Shown piece after piece: positions 1-12,015 of a stretch of 64,000 nt of DNA. The notes below the pieces were generated by a model. That model was not told where the DNA came from and did no database searches. It saw only the letters and a program-made list of their open reading frames with translations. Within the stretch, counting starts at the first letter, position 1; each line of letters begins with the position of its first letter. The stretch comes from Pristiophorus japonicus. Taxonomy: Eukaryota. The stretch lies in the NCBI RefSeq assembly GCF_044704955.1, contig NC_091999.1:32116001-32180000 (forward strand). The letters run 5' to 3'. Position numbers and translations under genes: made by a program.

Positions 1-264
1 TGTGAATAAAAATGAGTAAAGTTACTTATTTGCACACGAAATATTCAAGGCACGGTGAAATCCCGAGATACAGTTACATTACAGCCACAATTATCGTACA
101 TATTTCAAACTCAAAGACGGAAATCCCAGTTATATATTTCTCAGCTACTGATTCGGATCTAGTAACTTGAGGCATTTTACTCTGAGAATCACCAAGAGGA
201 CATAGTTTATTTTTAGTGACACAGAGATGATAAACAGATGAAGAAAATCCACGGCGGCCGAAAG

Positions 265-280
265 TCAGACCATCACTTGA
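265..280 (-). CDS. IGHM: IgM membrane exon TM2 (abnormal junction)
   Basis: Acceptor ttttatctctctattacAG (AG at 282-281) is followed by TCAAGTGA, i.e. the usual GTC AAG TGA (V-K-stop) minus its first G. In the frame set by the AA|GT donor it reads (N)QVMV-stop, ending at 265. AATAAA lies downstream at 211-206. Confidence 0.75.
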
Positions 281-395
281 CTGTAATAGAGAGATAAAAG
301 AATGAAGCTGAGGTTTAGTGCTCTAGGGCATTTATCTCAGGATTTGTCAAACGGCTTCCGTCAGATGGAAGTATGAGCGGATTGAATCTTCCCAA

Positions 396-523
396 CTTCA
401 CCAGAGTGATGGCAGTGCTGTAGGAAATGCTCAGGAAGAACAGGATGATGAATGTGGAAGCGGTTGTCGAGATTTTGTCGCTCTCGTCCTCGTACTCTTC
501 ACTCCAGATGTGGTCTGAGGAAT
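396..523 (-). CDS. IGHM: IgM membrane exon TM1
   Basis: Acceptor cccgtAG (525-524), phase 1, matching the Cmu4 internal donor. Reads (D)SSDHIWSEEYEDESDKISTTASTFIILFFLSISYSTAITLVK: acidic spacer plus the TASTF...LF.LS..YS antigen-receptor TM motif. Confidence 0.92.
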
Positions 524-1229
524 CTACGGGGATGTAGGGGAGGAAATATATTCAGATCGTTTTTAATGCGGGATGTCATACTATTAATTTATTTCCTCTT
601 TTCTTTCCCGTAAGGTATTAGTTTATACTCTAATTTAACTTTGAATGTATACCTTGTGTTAAGTTAATCACTCTCAGCAACCTCTCTCTGTGCCTCACTC
701 CACAGTCGCTCTTCCTTTATGATCCTCTTTTCGTCCGTTTTGGAAAATATGATAGTTTTTCTTCAATCTCAGAGGCTAATTGATTTTGGATGACTTCGTT
801 ACGATTGATCATTCCAGAATAATATGATGAAATATCGAGTGAGGATTACAGCTGGATCGCTATTGCGTTTCGGTAGGTTAAGGTAGTTAATTATTTGGAG
901 CCTGCCAAAGGGGCTGTTTAAGAGATCAGTTGTGAGTTTTTACCTTGTTTATTTATTTGTTAAGACAATGCTCTGTCCATAATTAACATATCGGTTTGCA
1001 AGAACTATATTGATCCAGTGTATGTGTAAGGATAGAATAGTGAAATGTGAGATATTATGGTATCAGGTATTATTTATTCTGGCCAAGCATTGGTACTTTG
1101 TCGGGCCAAAAACTGCATTTTAATTGACATTCGTCTATAGCCGGACGTTTTTGTTTGTGCTCTTTACTGTTTATGTGAGTGCATGACTATCTCTTGTTCT
1201 GGATTAGTTCATGTTTCTGTGTCTCTGTG

Positions 1230-2650
1230 AGGGTGTTACTGTGTGTGTTTATGTAATTGTGTGCGTGCTTTTCTCTGTGTGTGTACGTTTATGTGTAAAA
1301 GTTTGTGTGTGTGTGTTTATGTGTAACTGTGTTTGTTGATGTGTAAGTTTGTGCACGTGTGCAGTTGTAAGATTGAGTATGCGTGTGTAAATCTTTGTGT
1401 TATTTTGTGTAAGTGGGCCTGTGTCTATATGGAAGCGTGTGTTTATCTGTAATTATGAGTGTGCGATTTGGTGTAGTTGGGTGCAGGTAAGTTTATGTAT
1501 AAGCACGTCCATGTCTAAGGGTTTGTGTATTGATGTTTGTGTGTGTATGTTTGTGTGCAAGTGTGTTCACGTGTGTGCATTTGTGTAAGTGTATGTGTAT
1601 CCTTGTGTATATGTATGTAAGTTCATGTGTGTGTTTGTCTGTAAGTGTAAGTGTGTGATTATGTCTGAGTGTTCGTTTATGTTTAGGTGTAAGTGTGTGC
1701 GTGTTTACATGTAACAGTGGGTTTGCAGGTAAGTTTGTGTGTGTGTGTTTTATGTTAGTGTGTGTGTGGATTGATGTGTGTGCTTATGTGTGTGTAAGTG
1801 TGTGTAAGTGTGTTTTTGTAAGTGAGTGTTTGGATTGATGTATGTGGAAGTGTGTGTTTGTAAGTGGGTGTTTGGATTGACGTGTGTGAAAATGTGTGTG
1901 TGTAAGTGTGTATAAGTGTGCTTTTTGTAAGTGTGTTTGGATTGATGTTTGTGTTTATGTGTGTTTAAGTGTGTGTACGTGTGTTTTGTGTAAGTGCATG
2001 TGTGGATTCATGTGTGCGTTTATGTGTTTGTAAATGTGTTTTGTGTAAGTGTGTATAAGTGTTTGCACGTGTGTTTTGTGTAAGTGTGTGTGTGGATTGA
2101 CGTGTGTGTTTATGTGTGTGTAAGTGTGTGTGTGTGTGTGTTTTGGGTAAGTGCGTGTGTGGATTGATGTGTATGTTTATGTGTGAGTAAGTGTGTTTTG
2201 TGTAAGTGCGTGTGTGGATTGATGTGTGTGTTAATGTGTGTGAAAGTGTGTGTACCTGTGTTTTGTGTAAGTGTATGTGTGGATTGATGTGTCTGTGTAT
2301 GTGTGTGAAAGTGTGTTTTGTGTAAGTGCGTGTATGGATTGATGTGTCTATTTATGTGTGTGCAAGTGTGCTTTTTGTAAGTGTGTTTGGATTGGTATGT
2401 GTGTGTTTATGTGTGTGTAAGTGTGTTCCGTGTAAGTGTGTGTAAGTGTGCTTTGTGTAATTGTGTGTTTGGATTGATGTGTGTGTGTAAGTGTGTGTAA
2501 GTGTATTTTGTGTAAGTATATGTGTGGATTGATGTGAAGTAATTATGGGTGTGTAAGTGCGTGTCAGTATGTTTTGTGAAATGTGTGTGTGGATTGAAGT
2601 GTGTCTTTATGTGTGTGTAACTGTGTTTTGTGTAGTGTGTGTTTGGATTA
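1230..2650. repeat. TG-rich low-complexity satellite (gtgtgtaagt / ggattgatgt motifs)
   Basis: Directly visible degenerate tandem array in the Cmu4-TM1 intron. Confidence 0.9.
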
Positions 2651-4654
2651 TTGTCTATTATTGCTAATGTTCGAAGTTTCAGAGAGTATCAATAACTGGA
2701 TTTTACAATGATGGTTTTCATTATATTCTAGTTATGTGTAATATTGTGTGTCAGAGTGTTAACGTATGTCTTTATATATAAGTCTATGTGTGTTTATGTG
2801 TAATTGTGCACTTACACAAAAACACAAACACTTACACAAAATCATCAACACACTTCCATGTGAACACACACAACCTCACTTTCATATTTATTCTCCCGAC
2901 TCTGTAAATGTGTTCTGTTTGAGGAATAATGTGACGTCAGCCGAAAGAATGCAACAATTCAACCGATGGGCCTCAGAAACATCAGGGACACTGTGAGAAA
3001 CCCGCAGAGGATTAATTCACCAGTTTAGATATGGCCCGTTAGAATTCAACATGTTCGTTTACAATTAACAGGGACAATTTCACCCCAACACTATTTAAAA
3101 ATATTACGTGGAATAAATAGTTATTTCAGAATAGAATACTCATGTGGCAAGTTTAAAATCTTTACACCATGGGTTAGAATCTCACATTGTACACAGTGTG
3201 TTTATGTGTGTGTAAATGTGATTTTTGTAAGTGTGTATAAGTGTTTGTAAGTGTGTGTAAGTGTTTGCACCTGTGTTTTGTGTAAGTGTGTGTGTGGATT
3301 GACGTGTGTGTTTATGTGTGTGTGCGTGTGTGGATTGATGTGTATGTTTGTGTGTGTAAGTGTGTTTTGTGTAAGTGCGTGTGTGGATTGATATGTGTAT
3401 TTATGTGTGCGTAAGTGTGTTTTGTGTAAGTGTGTCTGTGGATTGATGTGAGTATTTATGTGTGTGTAAGTGTGTTTGGTGTAAGTACGTGTGTGGATTG
3501 ATGTGTGTGTTTATGTGTGTGAAAGTATATTTTTTGTAATTGCGTGTATGGATTGATGTGTGTATTTATGTGTGTGTAAGTATATGCAAGTTTGGTTTTT
3601 GTAAGTGTGTGTTTGGATTGGTGTGTGTGTGTTTATGTGTGTGTAAGTGTGTTTGGTGTAAGTGTGTGTGTGGATTGATGTGTGTGTTTATGTGTGTGAA
3701 AGTATGTTTTATGTAAGTGTGTGTATGGATTGATGTGTGTATTTATGTGTGTGTAAGTATATGCATGTGTGGTTTTTGTAAGTGTGTGTTTGGATTGGTG
3801 TCTGTGTGTTTATGTGTGTGTAAGTGTGTTTGGTGTAAGTGTGTGTGTGGATTGATGTGTGTGTTTATGTGTGTGAAAGTATGTTTTATGTAAGTGCGTG
3901 TATGGATTGATGTGTGTATGTATGTGTGTGTAAGTGTGTGCAAGTGTGCATTTTGTAAGTGTGTGTTTGGATTGGTGTGTGTGTTTATGCGTGTGTAAGT
4001 GTGTTTTGTGTAAGTGTGCTTTGTGTAAGTGTGTGTGTGGATTGACGTGTGTTTTTATGTGTGTAAGTGTGTGTAACTGTGTTTTGTGTAGTGTGTGTTT
4101 GGATTGATATCTATTATTGCTACTGTTCGAAGTTTCAGAGAGTATCAATAACTGGGTTTTACAAAGATGGTTTTCATTATATTCTAGTTATGTATAATAT
4201 TATGTGTCAGAGTGTTAATGTATGTCTTTATATGTAAGTCTATGTGTGTTTATGTGTAATTGTGCACTTACACAAAAACACACACACTTACACAAAGTCA
4301 TCAACATACTTCCATGTGAACACACACAAACTCACTTTCACATTTATTCTCCCTGGCTCTGTGTAAATGTGTTCTGTTTGAGGAATAATGTGACGTCAGC
4401 TGAAAGAATGCAACGATTCAACCGATGGGCCTCAGAAACATCAGGGACACAACTGTGAGAAACCCGCAGTGGATTCAATCACCAGTTTAGATATGGCCCA
4501 TTAGAATTCAACATGTTTGTTTACAATTAACAGGGACTGCTGCACCCCCAACCCTATTTAAAAATATTACGTGGAATAAATAGTTATTTCAGAATATAAT
4601 ACTCATGTGGCAAATTTAAAATATTTAGACCATGGTTTAGAATCTCACATTGTA
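2622..4654. repeat. Tandem duplication: ~570-bp unique block at 2622-3192 and 4080-4654, with TG satellite (3195-4080) between
   Basis: Near-identical text in both copies (e.g. gttcgaagtttcagagagtatcaataactgg ... gaatctcacattgtac). The two ORF-track peptides MSLY.SLCVFMCNCALTQKH are paralogous. Confidence 0.9.
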
Positions 4655-4734
4655 CTGATGCCAACTTAGTCCATATAAAATAGGGTGGTTCACTTCCCAT
4701 GTCCCTGCAGGGGGCGCAGTGGTGATTACATGAA

Positions 4735-5100
4735 TTACACATTGCCCTTTCCCCTCTCGCTGGTGGATGTGATAGGTCCAGTAAGCTAATAATTACCCTT
4801 TACTCTCTCTCAGCTGGGGGAGTGGGGAGCGACAGTAGATTACCAATTACCCATCACAATCTCTGCTGGGGGAGTGCCTGATACAGTGGGTTAACTATTG
4901 CCCATTTCCCTATCTCTGGTGGAGGAGGGAGTGTACAGTGGGTTAACAATTGCTGTCCCTCTCACTCGCTGTTGGGGGAATGGTATTAAAGTGGCCCAAC
5001 TATTACCGTCCCCCCCCCCCTCTCTCTAGTTAGGGAAGTGGTTCTAAAGTTGGTTAACAATTACCCTTTCCCCTCTCTCTGGTGGGGAGTGGAGGTACAG
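4735..5100. repeat. Degenerate ~58-bp tandem repeat
   Basis: Recurrent aattaccctttccctctctc...tggggagtgg...acagtgggttaac units. Confidence 0.6.
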
Positions 5101-5458
5101 TTCGTGTTCGTGTGTGGCACTCACTTCAGTTCCCCGTGGCTGCAATATGAAACTGACTTCAATTCTGAATTTGCGGTAGACAACCCGAGAAATAGGGACA
5201 CCGAGATATAAATGTGCTGCCTTTATTTATCGGAAATAGGAAAGGTAGGAAGTTTGTGAAGTTACTTTCATGAATCCTGTAAAGATAGAGCTTCACGCTG
5301 TCTCTAGCCCATGGTGTTTCTGCACTGGGAGCTCTGGCTGTACAAGCCTTGGACCAGAGAACAGCAAACCCCCTACTTCGCCCTCACATTGGCCAAAATA
5401 GGAAACACAATTAATTTTGCGGCAGTGTGTTTAGCTCACTGTTGGAAGGAGAACACTT

Positions 5459-5464
5459 TTTATT
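5459..5464 (-). terminator. Polyadenylation signal for secretory mu mRNA
   Basis: AATAAA about 40 nt after the secretory stop codon. A second AATAAA is at 5227-5222. Confidence 0.7.
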
Positions 5465-5502
5465 GGTTTCTATTTAAGAACTGAAAGGCAGTCGAGAGAT
5501 TG

Positions 5503-5894
5503 TCATTGACAAGAATTGACGGTGTCCATCAGAACAAGGGAAATATTCACAAAACCGGGTTTACCGCTGGATTTATTGACGATTCTGTTGGTGATCTTCA
5601 AGGGGATCGCTTCATGTCCCACCACACAGGAGTAAGAAGCGCCGCTGGCCCACTCCTCGGCTGCAATGGATAGCAGGCTGTACATGAAGAAGGAGCTGCT
5701 GCCGTTCTCCGCCATCACCTCGGTGTTCTTGTAGTTGCCGGAATCCACCGGCTTGTCATTGACGGTCCATTTGACGAAGATCTCTCGGGGGGAGAAACCT
5801 CTCACTAAGCAGGTGAGGCTGACCAACCTCGGAGCGGAGACTTCTTCTACCGAGGGCAGGAGGACAGTCACGGCCGGTTCCCGCCGATCTTTCG
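5503..5894 (-). CDS. IGHM: IgM Cmu4 exon plus secretory tailpiece
   Basis: Acceptor ctgcAG (5896-5895). Reads (A)[17 protein letters not shown]...[17 protein letters not shown]...[13 protein letters not shown]...[23 protein letters not shown]. Tailpiece has the NIS sequon and penultimate Cys. Internal donor AGCG|GTAAAC (GT 5564-5563) serves TM splicing. Confidence 0.97.
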
Positions 5895-6807
5895 CTGCAG
5901 AACAGTTAGAATAAAGGTCAATGAACTGGACAGCTCCAGAGACAATGGGGGTGAACTTTAACCTAATGGAGCGGGCGGATTGTGGTCGTGGAGGTGGCTA
6001 AATTGGTAAAAATCGATATCCCGACCTCAACGCGCCCACTCCCGGTTGTAATATTATAGTTGAGTAAAATATTTAAATGAGAATGGAATCTTCAATTTTA
6101 ACCACCATTTGGTGTTTAACAGTCGCTGGTCCAGTTTGACACACTGTGTAAATCCCTGCAGTTACGGCGAGGCGGGGACTGCTGCACCCAGGTGGTAATT
6201 GCCCTTACACCTACCGCTGGATCCAGGGTCCCTGCCTAACCCACCCCCCGCGATCCGAGACCTCCTCACTCGGCTTCCAATCCTCCCGTTCTCCCGGGTG
6301 GCCTGTGAGACCACCGCCCACAACTCGCCTTCCTTATTTAAATTTAGCCAATTTCAGGTGGTTAGATGTGAGAGAAATGGACACTGCGTTGAATTTTAAC
6401 GCTTTTCCTTTTCCCCTCTGGGGCCTTTCTGGTTTTTCATCCCGCAGCAGAGGGAACACAATTTTTCTCTCTGAAATCTTGAAGGATTGGTCTGGAAAAT
6501 TACATAGAATTTACTGCACAGAATGAGGAGATTTGGCCAACTGGTCTATGCCGGTGTGTATGTTCCACACAAGCCACCTCCTAGCTCACTTAATTTAATC
6601 CTAATAACATACCCTTCTATTCCTTTCTCACTCATGGACTTATCCACTTTCCCCTAAAATACATAATGTCAGGTCACAGAGTGCAGAGTTCGTGGAATTA
6701 CCAAACTGAATGATCAAAGTAGCCCATTAAACATTTTATATAATGATTGGCTCTTGCACATGCCTTAGTCACAGTATCTCACTTATTGCAACAATCGCCC
6801 CGCTCAC

Positions 6808-7116
6808 CCTTTTCCTTGTGGATGGAATCTCTGATCGGAGTCGGCATATCCTGATGGCTCACCACGCAGTAGAACTTATCCCCACTCAGCCAGTCTTGTA
6901 TCGAGATGTTTAAGTTGCTGATCACGCTGTTGGGATCCTCTCCCGGTTGGACGGCAATCTCTGATTTCAAAGCCTCCTTTTCTCGGGTCCAGGACACGGT
7001 GAGCCCATAAGGAGCGTCAGACACGACGCAGGTTAAGGTCACCGTCGCCTCCAGTAAGACCTGTTCCAGTGACGGTGGGCGATGAGTGATTTTTGAATCA
7101 CTGCATGGGACATCCA
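6808..7116 (-). CDS. IGHM: IgM Cmu3 exon
   Basis: Acceptor tttcgcAG, donor G|GTGAGC, 309 nt, phase 1-1. Reads (V)[32 protein letters not shown]...[19 protein letters not shown]: C1-set Ig domain typical of shark mu. Confidence 0.96.
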
Positions 7117-7829
7117 CTGCGAAACAGGAATGAAAGTCAGGAAAAGCTGCAGCTTCAGAATCAGGACACCAATATTTAGCCTTAACTCTTTCAAGGGGAA
7201 TATATCACATTTGAGGTATCAACCTCCCGCTGTTGCTTTAACACCGTTATTGGAAGGACAATTAATTGGCAACGATTCCAGGAGATCTGTAACATTTCCT
7301 GTGCATTTGCAGCCAGAGACACCTGTAACGGGCTGTGAAGCAAATACCCGGAGTAAAATGGGAATTCTTTGGGGCGCAATTATGTTAGGCATTGAATAGC
7401 GCTCTTCCTGAAATCCCTTGCTCCTTTACACCCGTCTATAGATACTTGCACCCAAATTCATCTCTGCTGGTTATAATAGCTGAAGCCCGAATAGCCCGAG
7501 GTTCAAGAGGTCGACACCAGCATTATACTGGTTCAAAACCAGTGTCAAATTAATTTCAAGATTTATGGGACAACAGGAAACAATGTTAAGTTTCTGGTAT
7601 CTTGCTGCGTTTTTTGTTGCGGTGAAAATGTGCAGTAACCAGTCACAGCCCACGTCTGAGGAGAAGTGCAAGGTCGGGAGAATGGAGTTCCAAGGAATCT
7701 TTATGGTGGGGCATCATTTGTAATGGTGTGAAGTAGTTTTTTAAATTTCTGTAAGTACTGAATATTTATCATGTCTGGTGAGAGAAAGTCAGAGTGAAAT
7801 ATGATCTCAGGGCATTAATAGCAGCATAG

Positions 7830-8320
7830 GAACAGTAGGTGGCCATTCAGCCTATCCATCCTATCCCGCCATCCAGTTAGATCATGGCTGATCAACACTC
7901 AACACCATCTTCCCGCCTTGATAACCTTGCCTGACAAAAATCTATCAATCTCAATTTTCAACTTTTCAATTGAAAGCAAGCATCAGCAGCTTTTGCGGAG
8001 GGAAATCCCGACTTGCACTATTCTTCCTGTGAGAAAAGTCTTTGTGACATCACCTCTGCAAGGCCTAACTCTAATGTTAAGGTTCTGCTACTTGTTCTGG
8101 ACTCTCCCATCAAACTAAATAAATGTTTCTATATCTACTCGATCAATTCCATTGATCAACTTAAACACCTCAATTGGATCATCTCTTAACGTTCTATACT
8201 CGTCTCCAGATCATTTTACATTATAGGCCCGGTTTAATTCGGGTAAACGTGCAGTTTAGCGCATCCACGTATATCCTTCCTGAGGTGCGGAGCGCAGAAC
8301 TGGGCTCAGTGCTCTGAATA
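7830..8320 (-). mobile_element. Degenerate CR1-like LINE 3' fragment
   Basis: Antisense similarity to the 3' end of the intact LINE in this window (ggccattcagcc...atcatggctgatc; cagaactgg). Confidence 0.55.
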
Positions 8321-8509
8321 GGGTAGATGCTCATTCTAGCAGGGTTCCTGGACAGTTGGCAGGAAAGGGGTCCAGACTCCTACTGCCACTCCGTATATGA
8401 TCAGCCAACTCAGGATAAACCTGTGACTAAGGACACTTCACTCACTGCCTGACATCAGAGCAAGGGGAAAACTTCTTTGGCGAGGTTAATAAAGCCTGAG
8501 CAATGAGGA

Positions 8510-8938
8510 ATCCTGAACCAGAAGATAGTGGATTGAATTCACACTCCAGATACTTGATCACAAAATGTAAGCTGAGTCTCCCAGTGCAGTACTGGGAGCA
8601 TGGCGCAATGTCGGAGGTGCCGTCAGTTGGATCAGGTGTTAAACCGTGGATCCATCTGGCCTCTCAGGTGGAGGTAAAAGATACCTTGGCATTATTTCAA
8701 TGAAAAGCAGAGGAGTTCTCCCTGGTAGCCTGGGAATATTTATCCCTCAAGAAATATCACTCAACAAAAAAAAATGGTCATTATCACACTGTTGTTTTTG
8801 GGAGCTTGCTGTGCACTAAATGACTGCCGAACTTTGTACATTACAACTATGACAACATTTCACAACTTAATTCATTGGCTGGCAAGCGCTTTGGTTCAGT
8901 CTGTGGTCGCTGAAGGCGCTGTATAAAGGCAAGTTTGT
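8510..8938 (+). mobile_element. Deu-domain SINE (SacSINE1/AmnSINE1-like)
   Basis: Recalled Deu core: cagtgcagtactggg...tgtcggaggtgccgtc...gttaaaccg...ctctcaggtggaggtaaaagat, then gagttctccctgg and gcgctgtataaa. Three antisense copies occur elsewhere in the window. Confidence 0.7.
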
Positions 8939-9068
8939 ATCGCAAGAATACACAGACTGCATGATTGGAAATTTGGAACAGTCCTCTGCTTTTTACTAAT
9001 TCCAATGAAACACCAGACTAGGTCAGCGCTCAGAATGGTCTGGAACCTCCCGGGATTGTGCCTCTTAC

Positions 9069-9386
9069 CCTGAGATCTGCTGAAGTTACGGCTTTGCGTG
9101 ACCCCTTCATGAGTGACTTGGCAGGTGTAGACCGAGCCGGTGAACCATTCCTCGGCGGGGACTGTCAGCCGACTGGCCGTCGAGAAGTTCCCGTTCACCT
9201 CAAAGACGGGAGAGGTGACGAAGCCCGAATCCAGGAGTTGTCCACTCTTCAGCCAATTCACGGTCAGTGACTTTGGCCGGAAATCGATGATTGAACACAC
9301 GGCGCTTGCATATCTGCTGGTGGTGATTTGTTCAGTGGAACTCAGCGTGAGGAGAACAGTTGGAGGACCGATGTCCGGTTCAGGAT
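9069..9386 (-). CDS. IGHM: IgM Cmu2 exon
   Basis: Acceptor tttttttttgaAG, donor G|GTAAGA, 318 nt, phase 1-1. Reads (D)[13 protein letters not shown]...[19 protein letters not shown]...[20 protein letters not shown]. Confidence 0.96.
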
Positions 9387-9504
9387 CTTCAAAAAAAAAC
9401 ATATTACTGACATTGCTTGTAAAATAAATGATTAAGAAATGCAAAGTGTCCTTATATTTTAACAGGTTCTTTGCTATCAGACTAACACTAACCAGGCATT
9501 TACA

Positions 9505-9990
9505 GAGAGCAGAACTGTGCACAGTATTCTCAGTGTAATATGCAGACCAGAACTGTGCATAATATTCTAAGTGCGATATGAGGTCCAGAACCATGCACAG
9601 TATTCTAAGCATGATATGGAGACCACAACTTTATGCCGTATTCTAAGTATGAGATCGAAACCAGAACTTTAAAGAATATTCTAACTGTGATATGGAGACC
9701 GGAACTGTGCATAATATTCTTAGTATGATATGGAGACCAGAACTTTAGACACTAATCTAAGTATGAGATGGAAACCAGAATTGTGACCAATATTCTAAAT
9801 GTGATAAGGAGACTAGAACTGTGCTCAGTATTCTAAGTATTATGTGGAAATCATAACTGTACACAATACTCTAAGTGTGATTTGGAGACGAGAACTGAAC
9901 ACAGTATTCTAAGTATGATAGGGAGAGCAGAACTGTACACAGTACTCTAGGTGTTGTCTTACCAAATTGCTATACAAGTTGAGCATAATT
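9505..9990. repeat. 38-bp minisatellite (~11 units) grading into an antisense CR1 fragment
   Basis: ccagaac/ccacaac recurs at 9547, 9585, 9623, 9661. Consensus gagaccagaactgtgcacagtattctaagtgtgatatg. Confidence 0.85.
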
Positions 9991-10032
9991 TGTCATCTTA
10001 TCATTGTTTGCCCTGTAACCCACATCACTAAC

Positions 10033-10332
10033 CTGGCATTGTGATGGCCCAGACCGACACACCACGTCGAACCTCACAGAAGATTGTGCTGCTCCCCACA
10101 TCTGACTTGGTGATGGTTAACTGGCTGCTCTGGGTGTAGATTCCTTTCTTGTTGAACACTGACGGGTAGGTCTTCAATGCAGTGGTGATGGGATCTTTAT
10201 CTTTCTTCCAGGAAAGGCTGGTGATGTCGGGGGAGTAGTCCATCGCCAAACAGCCGTATGTGATGGAGCCATCGGTGCTGGGTTGTTCACAGGAGGAGAG
10301 CAGGGCGTAGAGATTGGGGGGAAACGGTGTTA
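10033..10332 (-). CDS. IGHM: IgM Cmu1 exon
   Basis: Acceptor tttctcAG, donor G|GTTAGT, 300 nt. Reads (V)[43 protein letters not shown]...FCEVRRG and retains the N-terminal Cys used for light-chain pairing. Confidence 0.96.
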
Positions 10333-11099
10333 CTGAGAAAGAATGGCCCATTGAACAAGTTAGACTCTGTAATCCATGCTTATAAAAGAAAGAAACAACT
10401 CGAAATTTGACTGCAGAATAAACTAATTCCACCATTTTCCCATCAAAGACTACACGGGCATTTGAGCTTCTGTCAGTTCCTTTATAAGCACCTGTCGATG
10501 CCCTGGTCAGGAACACACCTTTCTATCCCCGAGCTCTATCACATTACACAACAAGAAACTTTACACAACTCGCCAATAAAGAATCCTTCATTGGTTCATA
10601 CAATAGAAGAACAGAGGCATGTTCCTGCTATTTCGGCCTGCATTTATTTCTCAATCAGCACCATTTCTGGTCCTTTATTTAATTGCAGTTTGGGGAAGTT
10701 CGCTCTGTGCACATTGCCTGCAGTGTATCCCAACAAAACAATAGTGACTGCACTTCAAAGTAACAGCGGAATTCCTGCTTCGGACGTTAGCAAAAAACCC
10801 TCTAAATTTGCCTACCACATAATTCAACAGATAGCATTTCCATAGTCTAGTTTCTAAGATTCAAGCTGGAGATGAATCGCGATTGAGTCGAATTTCTCCC
10901 TTATTTCCTCAGCATTTGAGGAAGAGCGATGTCACTCAGTGCAATGTGATCTGGACTCTATCCCATCCTAGTGAATGCATGCCTCTTGAGTTTCCTCCTC
11001 CATCCCTTTCAATTAATAATCCGAATAAAATACCATTCCAAAATCCGGTTAATTGGAAGTTTCTCCTTAAATGGCCCATTTCAGTTCCCATTGCTGTTC

Positions 11100-12015
11100 T
11101 TGTTATATAACAACGACCTGGACTTGGATATCGGGAATACAATTTCGAAGTTCGAAGATGAGGCAAAACCTGGCAACGTAGCCTATAGTGAGCATGAAAG
11201 CAGCAGACTCCATGAGGAGACAGATGGACCAGTGAAATGGGCCGGGACATGGCAATTGCAATTTAATGCGAATCATTGAGAAGCGATGCACATTGGGTGG
11301 AAGATGGAGAGGCAGTGTAATCTAAATAGTATTGTTTTGAGGGGATGCACGAACAGAGAGTCGTAGATGTACATATTTACAAATCTTTGAACGGGGCAGG
11401 GCAAACTGGTAAGACAGTTATGAAAGATTATGGGATACTTGACTTTCTAAATGGGGAATTGACTACAAAAACAAGGCGGTTATGCTAAACATACAGATCA
11501 CGTGTTAGGCCTCAGCTGGAGTATTGTGCACAATTCTGGAACAACAATGTAGGAAGGATGTCAAGCCCTTGGGGAGTGTAGAGGGGCGGCTTTTACCAGG
11601 ATTATGCCAGGGATGCGGACTTCAGTTATGTGGAGAGATTGGAAAAGCAGGGATGTTCTCCTTAGAACAGAGGTTAAGAAGAAACGTAAGAGAGATATTC
11701 AACATTATGATAGTTTTTGATAGAGCAAGTAGGGAGAAACTGCTTCCGCTGGAAAGTAGGTGGGTAACCAAAGGTCACAGATTTAAAATAATTGGCAAAA
11801 GATCAAAAGGGAAAATTGGGGCAATTGTTTCACACAGAGGGTTGGTAATTTCAGGAATGCTCCAAGCAGATCCTCCTGTATGTCCGGAGGACACATGTGC
11901 ACGTTTACAAGGAAAACCCTGGGGAGTTGGATTAAATTGGACAGCTCTTTCAGAGCCGGCACAGGCACGATGCTTGAATGGCCTTTTCAGTGCTGTGAGA
12001 TGCTATCATTCTACA
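11100..12015 (+). mobile_element. Degenerate CR1-like LINE 3' fragment
   Basis: Relics of YINDLD...ISKF.D and RPQLEYC.QFW (aggcctcagctggagtattgtgcacaattctgg). Confidence 0.75.

Noticed and set aside
3743-4148. His/Thr-rich ORFs (also 43379-43591)
   Set aside because: Translations of TG/CA satellite.
9505-9950. CRISPR-like regular repeats
   Set aside because: Head-to-tail minisatellite with no unique spacers, in vertebrate DNA.
5503-10332. IgW, IgNAR or IgM1gj identity
   Set aside because: Four mu-type C exons including Cmu2 and a mu tailpiece are present. IgM1gj lacks Cmu2 and is fully VDJ-joined.
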